64,000 nucleotides of DNA from Cyanobacteria bacterium RU_5_0 (lineage in GTDB: Bacteria > Cyanobacteriota > Cyanobacteriia > Elainellales > Elainellaceae): assembly GCA_012033255.1 (NCBI GenBank), contig JAAUSF010000003.1, positions 16,247-80,246 on the forward strand. Direction: 5' to 3'. This document shows, in pieces, positions 30,345 to 41,011 of this stretch. The notes beneath the pieces were generated by a model. That model was not told the origin of the DNA and made no database searches. It saw nothing but the letters and a program-made list of their open reading frames with translations. Every line of letters starts with the position of its first letter. The stretch's first letter is position 1. The position numbers were made by a program, and so were the translations under genes.

Positions 30345-31000
30345 AACAATTTTGGCTGAGTTTTCCAAACTTGCCTCAAAAGCATATCTCCATAAAAATT
30401 ACGGGCGAGATAGTTTAGGTCTATAGCCTTTCGTTATGGACGATCGCTACGTTGAGAAAAGGCGATCGCCTGCTAACGCCATTTTTAGGTTTTTTTTAGA
30501 GTTCTTTTTCGGAATTCGATCGTTCCGATGTGAAGTATCCTAACACTGTACTATGAGGAATTTTTTCTTCTCGCCATTCCTACAGCAGAGTTAGCACAGC
30601 CGAGTGATTAGCCCATCGCCTGATAAGTCGATTCAACAACAGGATGTCTAGACAACAAATTGGTGCTGTTGTCAATGGCAAAGGTTATGATAAGCATACT
30701 CACCTTCCGAATGAACTCGATCGCATTCATCGATTTACCGCACTTGTCACCCCTTCACGAATATCATTTCATTGCACTCACGAATGAATCGAACCGATCA
30801 ACTTAAGTAGTGTAACTATTTTTTACTGTCACGCAAGTGTGAACGTAAAATTGAATACAAAACTGAACGCAAAACTGAATCAATGGTTGGGTGAGTTGAT
30901 GTGAGAGTGGAACCGTCAATCCTTTCAAAGTACTCGATCGAACACAACACAATCGTTCAATGGTTAATTGGGAAACCATGAACACCAACACTAGGAGAAA

Positions 31001-32998
31001 ATGATGGTTAAATTTAATTTTCGTCGCCAGGGCTTACCGTTCGCTGCGTCCTTACTAACCACCGTCATTACAACTGGGACAATTACTCAACCCCCCGCTC
31101 AGGCTAACTCACTACACCCTCGATCGCCAGAATCCCAAGTTAGTTTGCAACAACCGCAACTGCACGATCAACAACTGATGCAACTGGGCGGGTTTAGTTT
31201 ACCAATCTGGATCTATCCGATCGGAGGAATCATTTTGCTGCTTATTTTCCTGCCGCAGATTGGCTGGATTATGGGATTGATTGTGATTGGCGAACGGGAA
31301 GTTGGAATTGTCACTAAGAAATTTTCCTCGAAAAGCTTGCCTGCGGGACAGTTGATCGCCTTGAACGGGGAAGCAGGTCTACAAGCCGATACGCTGTCTC
31401 CTGGCTGGCATTTTGGCTATTTCCCGTGGCAATATGCTGTGCGGAAAGAACTAGTGGTGATGATTTCGCAAGGTGAAATTGGGTTGGTGGTTGCTAGCGA
31501 TGGCCGGGCGATTCCACCCGATCGCATCCTCGGTAAAGTTGTTGAATCCGAAGATTTTCAGGATGCTCGTCAGTTTCTCACCAATGGCGGCGAAAGAGGT
31601 CAACAGTTAGCCATTCTCACAGCAGGAACCTATCGCATCAATACCGCTTTGTTTGAAGTGATTTCAACGGCAACTGCCGCAAAACATGGAATGGACCCCG
31701 CTCGCCTGAAGGTTTACGCTGTTAGGCAAGACAAAGTTGGGATTGTCACGACGCTGGATGGGATGCCGATCGAAGAAGGCGAAATTGCTGGACCTATTAC
31801 TCCCGATCATGACAACTTTCAGAAACCCCAGACATTCATAGGTGGCGGTGGACGTCGGGGTCTACAAGAACAAGTGATTCTTTCTGGATCTTGGAACCTT
31901 AACCCCTGGTTTGTGCAGGTGGAACAAGTGCTGATGACTGAAGTGCCGATCGGCTATGTTGGCGTTGTGATCTCTTATGTTGGACAGTCGCACGAAGATA
32001 TCAGTGGAGAATCATTCACTCACGGCAATTTGGTGAGCAAGGGGGATAAGGGCGTTTGGATTGAGCCGTTGTATCCCGGTCGGCATCCGCTCAACACCCA
32101 CATCATGAAAGTGGAACTGGTGCCCACAACCAATATCGTCCTCAATTTCACGTCTCGCTTCAGTGGTGAACATGGGTATGATTCCAAGCTTGATGCCTTG
32201 AGACTGCTTTCGTTTGATGGGTTCACATTTGAATTGGAAGTCTTTCAAATTATTCATGTCGGTGCATTGGATGCACCAAAGGTGATCTCTCGGCTCGGCT
32301 CCATGCAGAATTTGGTTGATCAGGTGTTGCGTCCGATCGTCGGTAACTACTTCCGCAACTCGGCTCAAGAATACACGATTCTGGATTTCCTGACAGCGCG
32401 AAGCGAACGACAAGCAGAAGCGGCTGAGCATGTCCGGTGTGCCCTTCGTGCCTATGATGTGCAAGCCGTTGATACGCTCATCGGTCGGATTTCACCGCCA
32501 CCTGAACTGATGCAAACCCTGACCGATCGCAAGATCGCTGAAGAACAGCAGAAAACTTACGAAGTCCAGCGCGTTGCTCAAACGCAACGACAGGAACTTG
32601 TGCGCGAAACCGCACTAGCTGACATTCAGAAGGAAGTGGTTACGGCTGAACAAGGTGTGAAGATCGCTGAACTCCATGCGACGGCTCAGGTGAAGCAAGC
32701 GAATGGGGAAGCTGAATCCATTCGCGTCACAGGTCAAGCCAAAGCCGATGCCTATCAAGCCGGTGTGACTGCACTGGGTCCTCAAGCATATACGGCTTTG
32801 CAACTGATGCAGGTGGTTGGCGATCGCAATGTTCGTGTTGTTCCCGATGTTGCCGTTAGCGGGAACAGCAACGGTTCTGGCTTAATTGATGGCTTAATGG
32901 GAATGATGCTGTGGAATCAAACCAAAGAAATGCATACCAAGATTGGCAACGGCAATCAGTCTTTGATGGCTACTAGTCAACCGGAAGAGGAATCGTAA
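31001..32998 (+). CDS. flotillin-like SPFH/band-7 domain protein
   Basis: 665 aa; N-terminal hydrophobic segment, SPFH-like region, C-terminal flotillin-type A/E/Q-rich coiled coil (…AEQGVKIAELHATAQVKQANGEAESIRV…). Confidence 0.65.
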   Translation: MMVKFNFRRQGLPFAASLLTTVITTGTITQPPAQANSLHPRSPESQVSLQQPQLHDQQLMQLGGFSLPIWIYPIGGIILLLIFLPQIGWIMGLIVIGEREVGIVTKKFSSKSLPAGQLIALNGEAGLQADTLSPGWHFGYFPWQYAVRKELVVMISQGEIGLVVASDGRAIPPDRILGKVVESEDFQDARQFLTNGGERGQQLAILTAGTYRINTALFEVISTATAAKHGMDPARLKVYAVRQDKVGIVTTLDGMPIEEGEIAGPITPDHDNFQKPQTFIGGGGRRGLQEQVILSGSWNLNPWFVQVEQVLMTEVPIGYVGVVISYVGQSHEDISGESFTHGNLVSKGDKGVWIEPLYPGRHPLNTHIMKVELVPTTNIVLNFTSRFSGEHGYDSKLDALRLLSFDGFTFELEVFQIIHVGALDAPKVISRLGSMQNLVDQVLRPIVGNYFRNSAQEYTILDFLTARSERQAEAAEHVRCALRAYDVQAVDTLIGRISPPPELMQTLTDRKIAEEQQKTYEVQRVAQTQRQELVRETALADIQKEVVTAEQGVKIAELHATAQVKQANGEAESIRVTGQAKADAYQAGVTALGPQAYTALQLMQVVGDRNVRVVPDVAVSGNSNGSGLIDGLMGMMLWNQTKEMHTKIGNGNQSLMATSQPEEES

Positions 32999-33218
32999 TT
33001 GAAGCGAGCGTAGAGTGTGAATTGGGGGGGTGCGTTGGCGATCGTCTGGCGCATCCACTAAAATCTGGTAATACCAATTTTCTATGAACCTGCCTAGAAA
33101 GAGGGGGCGTGGGAACTCCGTCCCCACAAGGGGGCGAAGCCCCCTTGACCCCCATTTGTTCTGTGCAACCTTAAAAAGAATTGGTATAACAATGATGATA
33201 CTTGGATGATACTTGCAA

Positions 33219-33527
33219 TCAACTTGATTTGGAGGGATGCTCTAAACAGAGTTCAACCATCAATTGTTGATGAGAGATAGTGTTGTTATGCGATCGATCG
33301 CTTCTTATTTTCGTAGGAGTAGGAATATCAGATAATTTCAGAATAGGGAATGTCAATGCCTCCTTAAACCACTCAATATCTTTAGCAAGTTCTTCTAGCG
33401 ATTGCCCATAAGGTTCAATGGCGTTTTCTGTACATCCAAGAATTGATCCATCCTCTGCATAAAAGACTTCACGGATAACGTAACTGCCATCTACTTCTAG
33501 AAAAACACGATAATTCCAAGTCATCAT
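33219..33527 (-). CDS. putative antitoxin, HicB-like/UPF0150 fold
   Basis: 102 aa; N-terminal 'YRVFLEVDGSYVIREV…GCTENAIEPYGQSLEEL' pattern resembles the HicB N-domain; 4-nt overlap with the upstream RelE/ParE-like gene. Confidence 0.35.
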   Translation of the reverse strand: MMTWNYRVFLEVDGSYVIREVFYAEDGSILGCTENAIEPYGQSLEELAKDIEWFKEALTFPILKLSDIPTPTKIRSDRSHNNTISHQQLMVELCLEHPSKSS

Positions 33528-33820
33528 CTCATATCCTCCTGTTCGTCGTGAAAGAAAAAATCGCTTCCTCGCTTTTCACCGATACGTTGGATCTCTACAA
33601 TCAAGACTTGTTCATCTATATTGTAGAAGATCCGAAACTTGCCAAGTCGTAATTCCCAATCTGCAATCTGATTAGGTCGCATCCGCTTACGATTACGAGT
33701 CTCAACAGTGGGTTCATAGCGCAATTGAATACTAATACCATCTAAAATCTGTTTTTGCTCATACTTCTTGAAAAATTTTAGATCTTCCACTGCCTGTAGC
33801 GTATATTCGATTTCATACAT
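33524..33820 (-). CDS. type II toxin, RelE/ParE family
   Basis: 98 aa; C-terminal 'WELRLGKFRIFYNIDEQVLIVEIQRIGEKR' matches the RelE/ParE signature (…R.iY.vd…v.vl.i.hR…). Confidence 0.55.
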   Translation of the reverse strand: MYEIEYTLQAVEDLKFFKKYEQKQILDGISIQLRYEPTVETRNRKRMRPNQIADWELRLGKFRIFYNIDEQVLIVEIQRIGEKRGSDFFFHDEQEDMR

Positions 33821-33826
33821 AAACTG

Positions 33827-35803
33827 GTGGTTGAAGTGAAGAAAGTGACTAAGAGTAATATACGGGTCGAGAAGTCGCTAATGAATAACAGACTGGCTGA
33901 GTCAATTTCCTATTGCTTTAATCCTAGCTGTTTAGAACCCCATAATCCTAGTGGAAAGGGATTCTGTCAGAGTTGCGGTGCGAGTTTGTTATTACAAGAA
34001 CGCTATCAAGCAGTGAGATTACTGGGACAGGGAGGGGTCAGCAGGACGTTTTTAGCGATCGATCACGCGCAATCTCCTTCAACTTCCTGCGTGATCAAGC
34101 AATTGCGAACAGATTATTTCAGCTTGCCTGATTTACAGCCAATCATCTCTCTCTTTCAGCAAGACATTCAACAGTTGAAACAATTAAGCGATCGTTCTCA
34201 AATTCCCACATTACTGAATAGCTTTGAGCAAGATAGTTATTTTTATTTGATTCAAACATACATTGAAGGTGAAAATTTAGCGACTGTTTTGGCTGAGCAA
34301 GATAGATTCACTGCAACAGATATTTGGTACATTTTAGAGAGTTTACTCCCTGTCCTCAACCTGATTCATTCGCATAATATTATTCATCATGACATCAAGC
34401 CTGAGAATGTTATTCTCAATCATCAGACAACCCCTAATCATAGTAGACAAATCACTGATTACCCCCTCGTCCTCGTTGATTTTAGTGCATCAAAACTTGT
34501 GACAGAGATGGCATTGGTTCAGCCTGAGCTAACGATCGGCAGCCCTGAATTTGCTGCCCCTGAACAAGTTAAAGGAAAGGCTGTTTTCGCTAGTGATCTC
34601 TACAGTTTAGGCGTAATTTGCATTCACTTATTAACTGGGATTCCTCCCTTTGATCTATTCGACTTTGCGAGTCATGAATGGGTGTGGCGAAATTATTGGA
34701 TATCTGATTCGGGTAATTCTTCCCCCGATCGCGAACATCACCGTCTCGCTCAGCTTCTCGATCGCTTAATTGAACCCGATCTCAACAAACGATTTCCTTC
34801 GGCTGAAATGGCGATCGCAGAAATCCAAACCGTTAGAGGCAAAAAAATTACCGTTCCTACTCCTAAATCTTCACTCCGATGGGAATGCTCTGCAACGCTA
34901 ATTGGACATCATGGATTGTTCGCAAGCGTGAATGTTGTAATGATTGCGCCTGATCATTCAACTCTTGCCAGTGCTAGTGATGATAAAACCATTCGCATCT
35001 GGGATATACAAACTCAAAAAGAGAGTTTCACACTAAAAGGTCATGCTCAGTTTGTGAAAACGATCGCCTTTTATCCTCAAAATCAAACTATCTTAGCCAG
35101 TGGAAGCAGCGATCGCACGATCAAACTTTGGGATTTGCAAGAACGACGAGAAATTCAAACTCTTGCAGGTCACACGCATCATGTCAATGCTTTAGCATTC
35201 AGTTTAAATGGACAGATTCTTGCAAGTGGAAGCTCAGATAAAACCATAAAACTGTGGAATTTTGAAACAAGAGAATTAGTCAAAACGCTTTCTGGACATA
35301 CGCTAGCTGTAAACGCGATCGCCCTCAGCCCATGCTGCGACACAGAACACCAGAAAACCTTAGCTAGTGCCAGTTCTGATTCAACCGTGCGAATCTGGAA
35401 TTTAAACACCTTTGAATTAATCCAGACAATCGTTGCACATACGGCGGCGGTAAGAGCGATCGCCTTTAGTCCTGATGGTAGACTCTTGGCTAGTGGCGGT
35501 GAAGACCGAACCATTCGCCTGTGGGATGTCTCGTCCTGGCAATGCATTCAGATCTTCTCTGGTCATCCTTGGTCGGTTTCTGCACTGACCTTTTCTCCCG
35601 ATGGAGACGTTTTGCTCAGTAGCAGTTGGGATAAGACCGTCAAAGTGTGGCAGGTGAGTACGGGCAACGAAATCGCTGTGTTAGCAGGTCATACTGATTC
35701 AGTGAATAATGTCACGATCGCTTCAAACGGCAACATCATTGCCACTGCCAGTAAAGATAAAACCATCAAACTTTGGACGCTTCAGCAATCCATGAATGCT
35801 TAA
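33827..35803 (+). CDS. serine/threonine protein kinase with N-terminal zinc ribbon and C-terminal WD40 repeats
   Basis: CxxC…CxxC at N-terminus, Hanks kinase motifs (VIKQL, HHDIKPENV, DFS, APE), then about 7 WD40 repeats (…SDDKTIRIWD…SDRTIKLWD…). Confidence 0.85.
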   Translation: MVEVKKVTKSNIRVEKSLMNNRLAESISYCFNPSCLEPHNPSGKGFCQSCGASLLLQERYQAVRLLGQGGVSRTFLAIDHAQSPSTSCVIKQLRTDYFSLPDLQPIISLFQQDIQQLKQLSDRSQIPTLLNSFEQDSYFYLIQTYIEGENLATVLAEQDRFTATDIWYILESLLPVLNLIHSHNIIHHDIKPENVILNHQTTPNHSRQITDYPLVLVDFSASKLVTEMALVQPELTIGSPEFAAPEQVKGKAVFASDLYSLGVICIHLLTGIPPFDLFDFASHEWVWRNYWISDSGNSSPDREHHRLAQLLDRLIEPDLNKRFPSAEMAIAEIQTVRGKKITVPTPKSSLRWECSATLIGHHGLFASVNVVMIAPDHSTLASASDDKTIRIWDIQTQKESFTLKGHAQFVKTIAFYPQNQTILASGSSDRTIKLWDLQERREIQTLAGHTHHVNALAFSLNGQILASGSSDKTIKLWNFETRELVKTLSGHTLAVNAIALSPCCDTEHQKTLASASSDSTVRIWNLNTFELIQTIVAHTAAVRAIAFSPDGRLLASGGEDRTIRLWDVSSWQCIQIFSGHPWSVSALTFSPDGDVLLSSSWDKTVKVWQVSTGNEIAVLAGHTDSVNNVTIASNGNIIATASKDKTIKLWTLQQSMNA

Positions 35804-35848
35804 CAATCTGGTTGTTCGATCGGGTATGGTGAGAGGGTAAAACCCCTC

Positions 35849-37408
35849 ATGTGTTTTTGTTCGCTCAGCGCGGTGGTTATGCGAAAAAATCTGCTGTACG
35901 GAACGATCGTCATTGTGCTGCTGCTGCTGCCAACGATCGCCCTCTCCAGAAAGTTTACCTCTGATTCATCCACTCCAGTATCTCAATCTGAAGTGCCACG
36001 TTTGGTATTCGTGCATTTGTTTGAGTGGAAATGGGACGATGTGGCACAAGAATGTGAAACGTTTTTAGGAGCGGCAGGATATGGCGCAATCCAGCTTTCA
36101 CCGGCAATGGAACATGCGGTGCTACCCGATCGGAACTATCCCTGGTGGCAACGCTACCAACCCGTGAGCTACAAAATTGACAGTCGTAGTGGCGATCGTG
36201 CCCAATTTGCCGATATGGTTGCCCGTTGTCATGCTGCTGGAGTGCGCGTCTATGCAGATGCCGTGATTAATCATATGACTGCTCAGCCAGACGGAGTTGG
36301 CAGTGCCGGAACGTCCTTCACCGAATATCGCTATCCCGGTCTGTATGAGCCTTCTGACTTCCATCCCTGCCGCAAAGATATTACTGATTACCAAAATCAT
36401 ACCGAAGTCACCAAATGTGAACTGTTTGGTTTACCCGATTTGAACACTCGTTCCGATCGAGTGCGCGATCGCATTGCCAATTATTTAATTGATCTCGTTC
36501 ACTTGGGTGTAACCGGATTTCGGATTGATGCGGCTAAACATATCCACACGCAGGATCTAGCCGCCATTCTTAAGCGGGTGAATGATGCCGTTGAGCCTGA
36601 TCCTTACATCTATCAAGAAGTGATTGATCCGGGTAACGAAGCCGTGCGTAAAAGCGAATATTACCCAAATGGTTTAGTGCTTGAAACTCAATATGGCAGA
36701 ATCGTTGGCGAGGCATTTTTAGGTCTGAACGGGCAAACCGTATCGCAGCTAGAAAACTTGGACGATCGTGAGGATTTAGCGCCTAACGAGAAGGCGATCG
36801 TCTTCATTGACAATCATGACAAGCAACGTGGACATGGCGGCGGTGGCACCTATCTCACCTACAAAAACGGTAGACTCTACGACCTCGCCAATGTCTTTAT
36901 GCTGGCATACTCTTACGGGACTCCCCAAGTCATGTCTAGCTATGCCTTTTCCGATGCCAATCAAGGTCCACCCGCCGATGCTCAAGGCAGAACTCAGAGC
37001 ATCTACACGAACGGTCAAGCCAACTGTCTTGTTGAGCAAGCACCTCACTCCGAGGGATGGGTCTGTGAGCATCGACATTTAACGATCGCCAAAATGGTCA
37101 GCTTCCGCAATGCCATCTCCCCCGACGCTCCGGTGACTCATTGGTGGAGCAATGGCAACAACCAAATCGCATTTGGTCGGGGCGATCAGGGATTTGTTGT
37201 GATTAACCGAGACGAAACTTCCCTCAGCCATACCTTCCAAACCAGTCTCCCTGTTGGCGTTTATTGTAATGTCATCACTGATTTTTCCATTGATAGCAAA
37301 AATTGTCCTGCTGAGCACAGAATTACAGTCAATGAAACCGGACAAGTAACGGTGACAGTTGAGGGCATGAATGCGATCGCGATCCATGATCACGCGAGGA
37401 TAAAGTGA
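35849..37408 (+). CDS. alpha-amylase (GH13)
   Basis: Signal/TM at N-terminus; GH13 conserved regions DAVINHM, GFRIDAAKH, EVID, FIDNHD. Confidence 0.85.
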   Translation: MCFCSLSAVVMRKNLLYGTIVIVLLLLPTIALSRKFTSDSSTPVSQSEVPRLVFVHLFEWKWDDVAQECETFLGAAGYGAIQLSPAMEHAVLPDRNYPWWQRYQPVSYKIDSRSGDRAQFADMVARCHAAGVRVYADAVINHMTAQPDGVGSAGTSFTEYRYPGLYEPSDFHPCRKDITDYQNHTEVTKCELFGLPDLNTRSDRVRDRIANYLIDLVHLGVTGFRIDAAKHIHTQDLAAILKRVNDAVEPDPYIYQEVIDPGNEAVRKSEYYPNGLVLETQYGRIVGEAFLGLNGQTVSQLENLDDREDLAPNEKAIVFIDNHDKQRGHGGGGTYLTYKNGRLYDLANVFMLAYSYGTPQVMSSYAFSDANQGPPADAQGRTQSIYTNGQANCLVEQAPHSEGWVCEHRHLTIAKMVSFRNAISPDAPVTHWWSNGNNQIAFGRGDQGFVVINRDETSLSHTFQTSLPVGVYCNVITDFSIDSKNCPAEHRITVNETGQVTVTVEGMNAIAIHDHARIK

Positions 37409-37468
37409 TGGGGATGAGGGAACGGAGTGGTGGAATCGCTGATTACGAATCATCCCCAATTTCCAACC

Positions 37469-38173
37469 CTAGACCAGCATTCGTTCTAAGGCATCTAGAT
37501 TGGGAATGCAAAGGATTTCGCGATCGCGTTGAATCAATCCCTTCTTCTCCAATTTGCTTAAGACTCTAGTGACGGTTTCTCGTGCTAAACCGCTTAAGCT
37601 ACTGAGTTCCCGATGGGGTAAGTTAGGAATTTCAATCCCCTGTTCAGCGAGTTTGCCTTGTCCATCTGCCAGAAACAGAAGGATATCAGCGACTCGTGAA
37701 ACGCTATCAGACTCTCGTAGACGTAGGCGACGGTTGACTTGGCGTAAGCGTCGTGCCATCAGTTGTGCTAGCCGGATACCGGACTGTGGTTCGCTGTTCA
37801 GCAACTGCACGAAGTCTTGGGCTGGCATATTACCGATTATTGTCGGCACAAGCGTAATCACATCTGTCGAACGGGGCACCTCATCCAGAGGAGCCATTTC
37901 CCCAAATAGCTCTCCTTTACCCAGAATGTTGAGCGTAACTTCTTTACCATCTAAGTTATACGTCCGAATTTTGACCCACCCTTCCAAAATGAAATAAACT
38001 GACGATCCCCAGTCATTCTCCAGCAAAATCACCTGATTAGGGGGGTGATTGCGGATTACAACATGGGCAGTTGCTTTTTCGATGGCAGCATCAGGCAAAT
38101 CCTTAAAAAAAGGAGCACTGCGAATCAGAGAACTATCGCGAGAGTCACGCGGAGCGGTATACCGATCTTGCAT
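37469..38173 (-). CDS. Crp/Fnr-family transcriptional regulator
   Basis: cNMP-binding domain (…GELFGEMA…) plus C-terminal HTH (RELSSLSGLARETVTRVLSKLEKKGLI); not NtcA-like. Confidence 0.8.
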   Translation of the reverse strand: MQDRYTAPRDSRDSSLIRSAPFFKDLPDAAIEKATAHVVIRNHPPNQVILLENDWGSSVYFILEGWVKIRTYNLDGKEVTLNILGKGELFGEMAPLDEVPRSTDVITLVPTIIGNMPAQDFVQLLNSEPQSGIRLAQLMARRLRQVNRRLRLRESDSVSRVADILLFLADGQGKLAEQGIEIPNLPHRELSSLSGLARETVTRVLSKLEKKGLIQRDREILCIPNLDALERMLV

Positions 38174-38437
38174 GGAGCAATATCACTCCAGTTATGAAGT
38201 TAGAGAGTGGGCAATAAATTAATTGGTGTCAAGCACTCGGATGAGAGCTTGTGATCACCATGCCAGAATCATAGCCCAAATCGGCAATCTGCAACCACTT
38301 CATCTTGTGATTGGGGAGATGGCGATCGCCCAACTGAAGGATGGCACAGAGCAAAGCGCTTTGTCATAAGCTAACTCGCGTAGCTCAGATGCATTCAAGT
38401 TGCAATTTTAGGAAGCTGACTCTCTAGTAATTTAGGC

Positions 38438-38887
38438 TTACTCTCCGCCAACGCTGATTCCAGTACCATAGATTTCAGCATCCGTCAAATTGATTCCATC
38501 CATTGAGGCTCCCGATACATCCGCAAAATAAATTCGGGCACGGGTCAAATTGATTCCGTCGAGGTTCGCGTCATTCAGGCTAGCATTCGTCAAAAAAGCA
38601 TCTGTCAAGTTCGCCCCTTCCAGATTGGCACCTGTCAGGTCTGCCCCTTCCAGATTGGTTTCAATCAGAGTTGCACCCCTTAGATCGGCATTTCGCAAAT
38701 CTACGCCGATCAAATGGGCACCGCTTAAATCTGCACCAGATAGATCGCATCCAGCGCAAGCTCTCGTTTCTAATAATTGCTGCACATGATCAGGATTTTC
38801 CGCGTTTACTGGATTCGCCAATAACACTATAGGCAGAAGCGTTAAACTGGCGGTTAAAGTCGCTAAGGTCGGGAGTCTCATTATCAT
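38438..38887 (-). CDS. pentapeptide-repeat protein with signal peptide
   Basis: 149 aa; N-terminal signal peptide; tandem A(D/N)LxG pentapeptide repeats throughout. Confidence 0.75.
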   Translation of the reverse strand: MIMRLPTLATLTASLTLLPIVLLANPVNAENPDHVQQLLETRACAGCDLSGADLSGAHLIGVDLRNADLRGATLIETNLEGADLTGANLEGANLTDAFLTNASLNDANLDGINLTRARIYFADVSGASMDGINLTDAEIYGTGISVGGE

Positions 38888-39313
38888 TCCTCCGTGTAGT
38901 GTTGCAATGCCACTGCGATCGATCGGCTTGAAATCAAGATTCTGAGTTTCTGTTAGTTACAGCACGAGAGGTTTATTTTCTGAAAGTGTTTTTACCTTCA
39001 TAGAATTCCCAGTTTTAGTCCGAGCCTCCATCCAGAAATGCATTTTTAAGAACTACAGCAGCCTCAAATGGTTCATGACTTGAGCACTGCCCAAAGAGCT
39101 AAGTCCTCTGCTACATTTACAATTCATATCAAATCAATGCATACCTTCAAATTAAATCGAAACTCCAGAATTTACTTCACCTTTTAGGTTGATTCAGGTT
39201 GGAATACTATTAGTCAACAACCTATATCTTTGTTATAAAACGATTTCACAGTTTGATATCGCTCATTTCAAGTTTTGATACGCACTCCCCAGACTTGTGT
39301 ATACACAGTTTGA

Positions 39314-40504
39314 TTAGGGAGAGCGAGTGGGACTTGCACTCGGCTCAGGATTTTCCTCTAGGGTTTCGATCGCCTCTGGCATAGGCACCGCCGTTGAGTC
39401 AAGCGGACTCGGCTCGATCGGGCGTTCTTCGGGTGGCAAGCTCTCTAGTTGTTCGGTTTGCTGTTGAACCTGTAACTCGCTGACTCGATCGCGCCACTGT
39501 TCGATTTGGGAATGCGCTTCCTCGTAGAGCGATCGCCCCCAAGAAATTTGGCTGGCTTCGTCGATCGCTGCCCTCAGAGATTCGATATCATCCTGATTGG
39601 CAAGTGTCACGGCTCGATCGAGATACGGTCGATCTTCGAGAATTTCAATCTGATTGCGCCAATTGTCGATCGCGGCTTGTGCCTCTTCATAGCTTGGTGT
39701 CCCATAAAAGACTTGTTCCGCCTCATCGATCGCGGCTCTCAGCCCTTGCATATCACCCGATTGGGCTAATGTTTTCGCTTTTTGCAAGTGTTCTGTCGCT
39801 TCTTGTCTTTGTTCGTCTTGCCATCGAGATAGCCGATCGGTGACGGGATCACGACGGTTACTGGCGTTTCGGGTTTGCTGCTTAGCTTTCCGCTCAGCAT
39901 ACATTGCATCCGCTTCTCTGGTGTTTTGTAGCACCTGCATCAACTCTTGATATTTAGTCGTTTCCCAGAAGCGATTGCCCAACGTGAGAAGTTGCTTTGC
40001 TTCTATGAGCGCATCGTACCAATTCTTCTGGTCGATCTCCTGCTCAACCTCCTCATAGATAGCTTCAGCTTTGTCCCAGGTAGATTGCCATTGTCCAGTG
40101 CGATCGTTCACCAACGATCGATTGCTCATGGTCAATGGAATCTTGTCAGCCATTTCGAGAGCTTTCTTCAAGTCGCCCTGCTGAAATTCCGCTTCTCCCA
40201 AGCGCAAGATTTCCTCTGTCCATTGCTTAATCAGGCGATCGCTTTTGGTTCGCAAAGAATTCTCATGAGGAACTGCATTTGCCAAACGGATTGCCTGCCG
40301 CCAATCTTCGGTCGTCCGCCGACCTGCCGCAATTTCAGCGCAATACAACTGAACAGACGGCGAATCGTTAGAAGCAGAAACAGTCCAACAGCGAGGTAGG
40401 GTTGGCAATCCCAATAAATCTCTCACTGCCCAAACGCTAATTCCTGTGGAAAGAATAAGCGTTGGCATTGCCCAAAGCCACCAGTGTTTCGGTCGAAACG
40501 CCAT
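39314..40504 (-). CDS. hypothetical protein, N-terminal TM anchor plus internally repeated helical/coiled-coil domain
   Basis: 396 aa; two about 45-aa internal repeats (LRAAIDEA.Q…YEEA…I..WR); E/Q-rich; P/E-rich tail. Confidence 0.45.
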   Translation of the reverse strand: MAFRPKHWWLWAMPTLILSTGISVWAVRDLLGLPTLPRCWTVSASNDSPSVQLYCAEIAAGRRTTEDWRQAIRLANAVPHENSLRTKSDRLIKQWTEEILRLGEAEFQQGDLKKALEMADKIPLTMSNRSLVNDRTGQWQSTWDKAEAIYEEVEQEIDQKNWYDALIEAKQLLTLGNRFWETTKYQELMQVLQNTREADAMYAERKAKQQTRNASNRRDPVTDRLSRWQDEQRQEATEHLQKAKTLAQSGDMQGLRAAIDEAEQVFYGTPSYEEAQAAIDNWRNQIEILEDRPYLDRAVTLANQDDIESLRAAIDEASQISWGRSLYEEAHSQIEQWRDRVSELQVQQQTEQLESLPPEERPIEPSPLDSTAVPMPEAIETLEENPEPSASPTRSP

Positions 40505-41011
40505 TTCCTACTGCACTTTTAGACCATACTTCCTAAACGTATTCATCACTCGCTCCACCAATTCAGGAGTAGAAAGGGGAGTATCTTTGGTAATGGATGG
40601 TACCGCTTACTTGAGAGAATTCAAAATACAAAACTTAACATTGGGAACTGAACCCCGGCTTGAATTTTTAATTTTGAATTAATGATTGACAAGAAGCGTA
40701 ATTTAGTTCGTCGCGATCGCATTCATCTATGTTCATTATGCCGTCACTCAGTCGATAATATTATCCTCTGGTCAGCCGATTGTCTCCTGCTTGTCACTTG
40801 AAACCCGGTCAAGTTAGTTTTTTCAAGGTGATCGAAGATTCCTAATTAAATCTTAACTATTCAAATCTTTAGGTAAAGTTACCTGATCTTTCCGGAACCG
40901 GATAGTTGGCTTTGCGTAGCAGTACGTGTGCATCGATCGGTAAAGCTATACTCGATCCATGCAGACCATTAGCCCCAGTTATTTTGATGCTAGGAGCAGG
41001 GAGAAGCTTAC

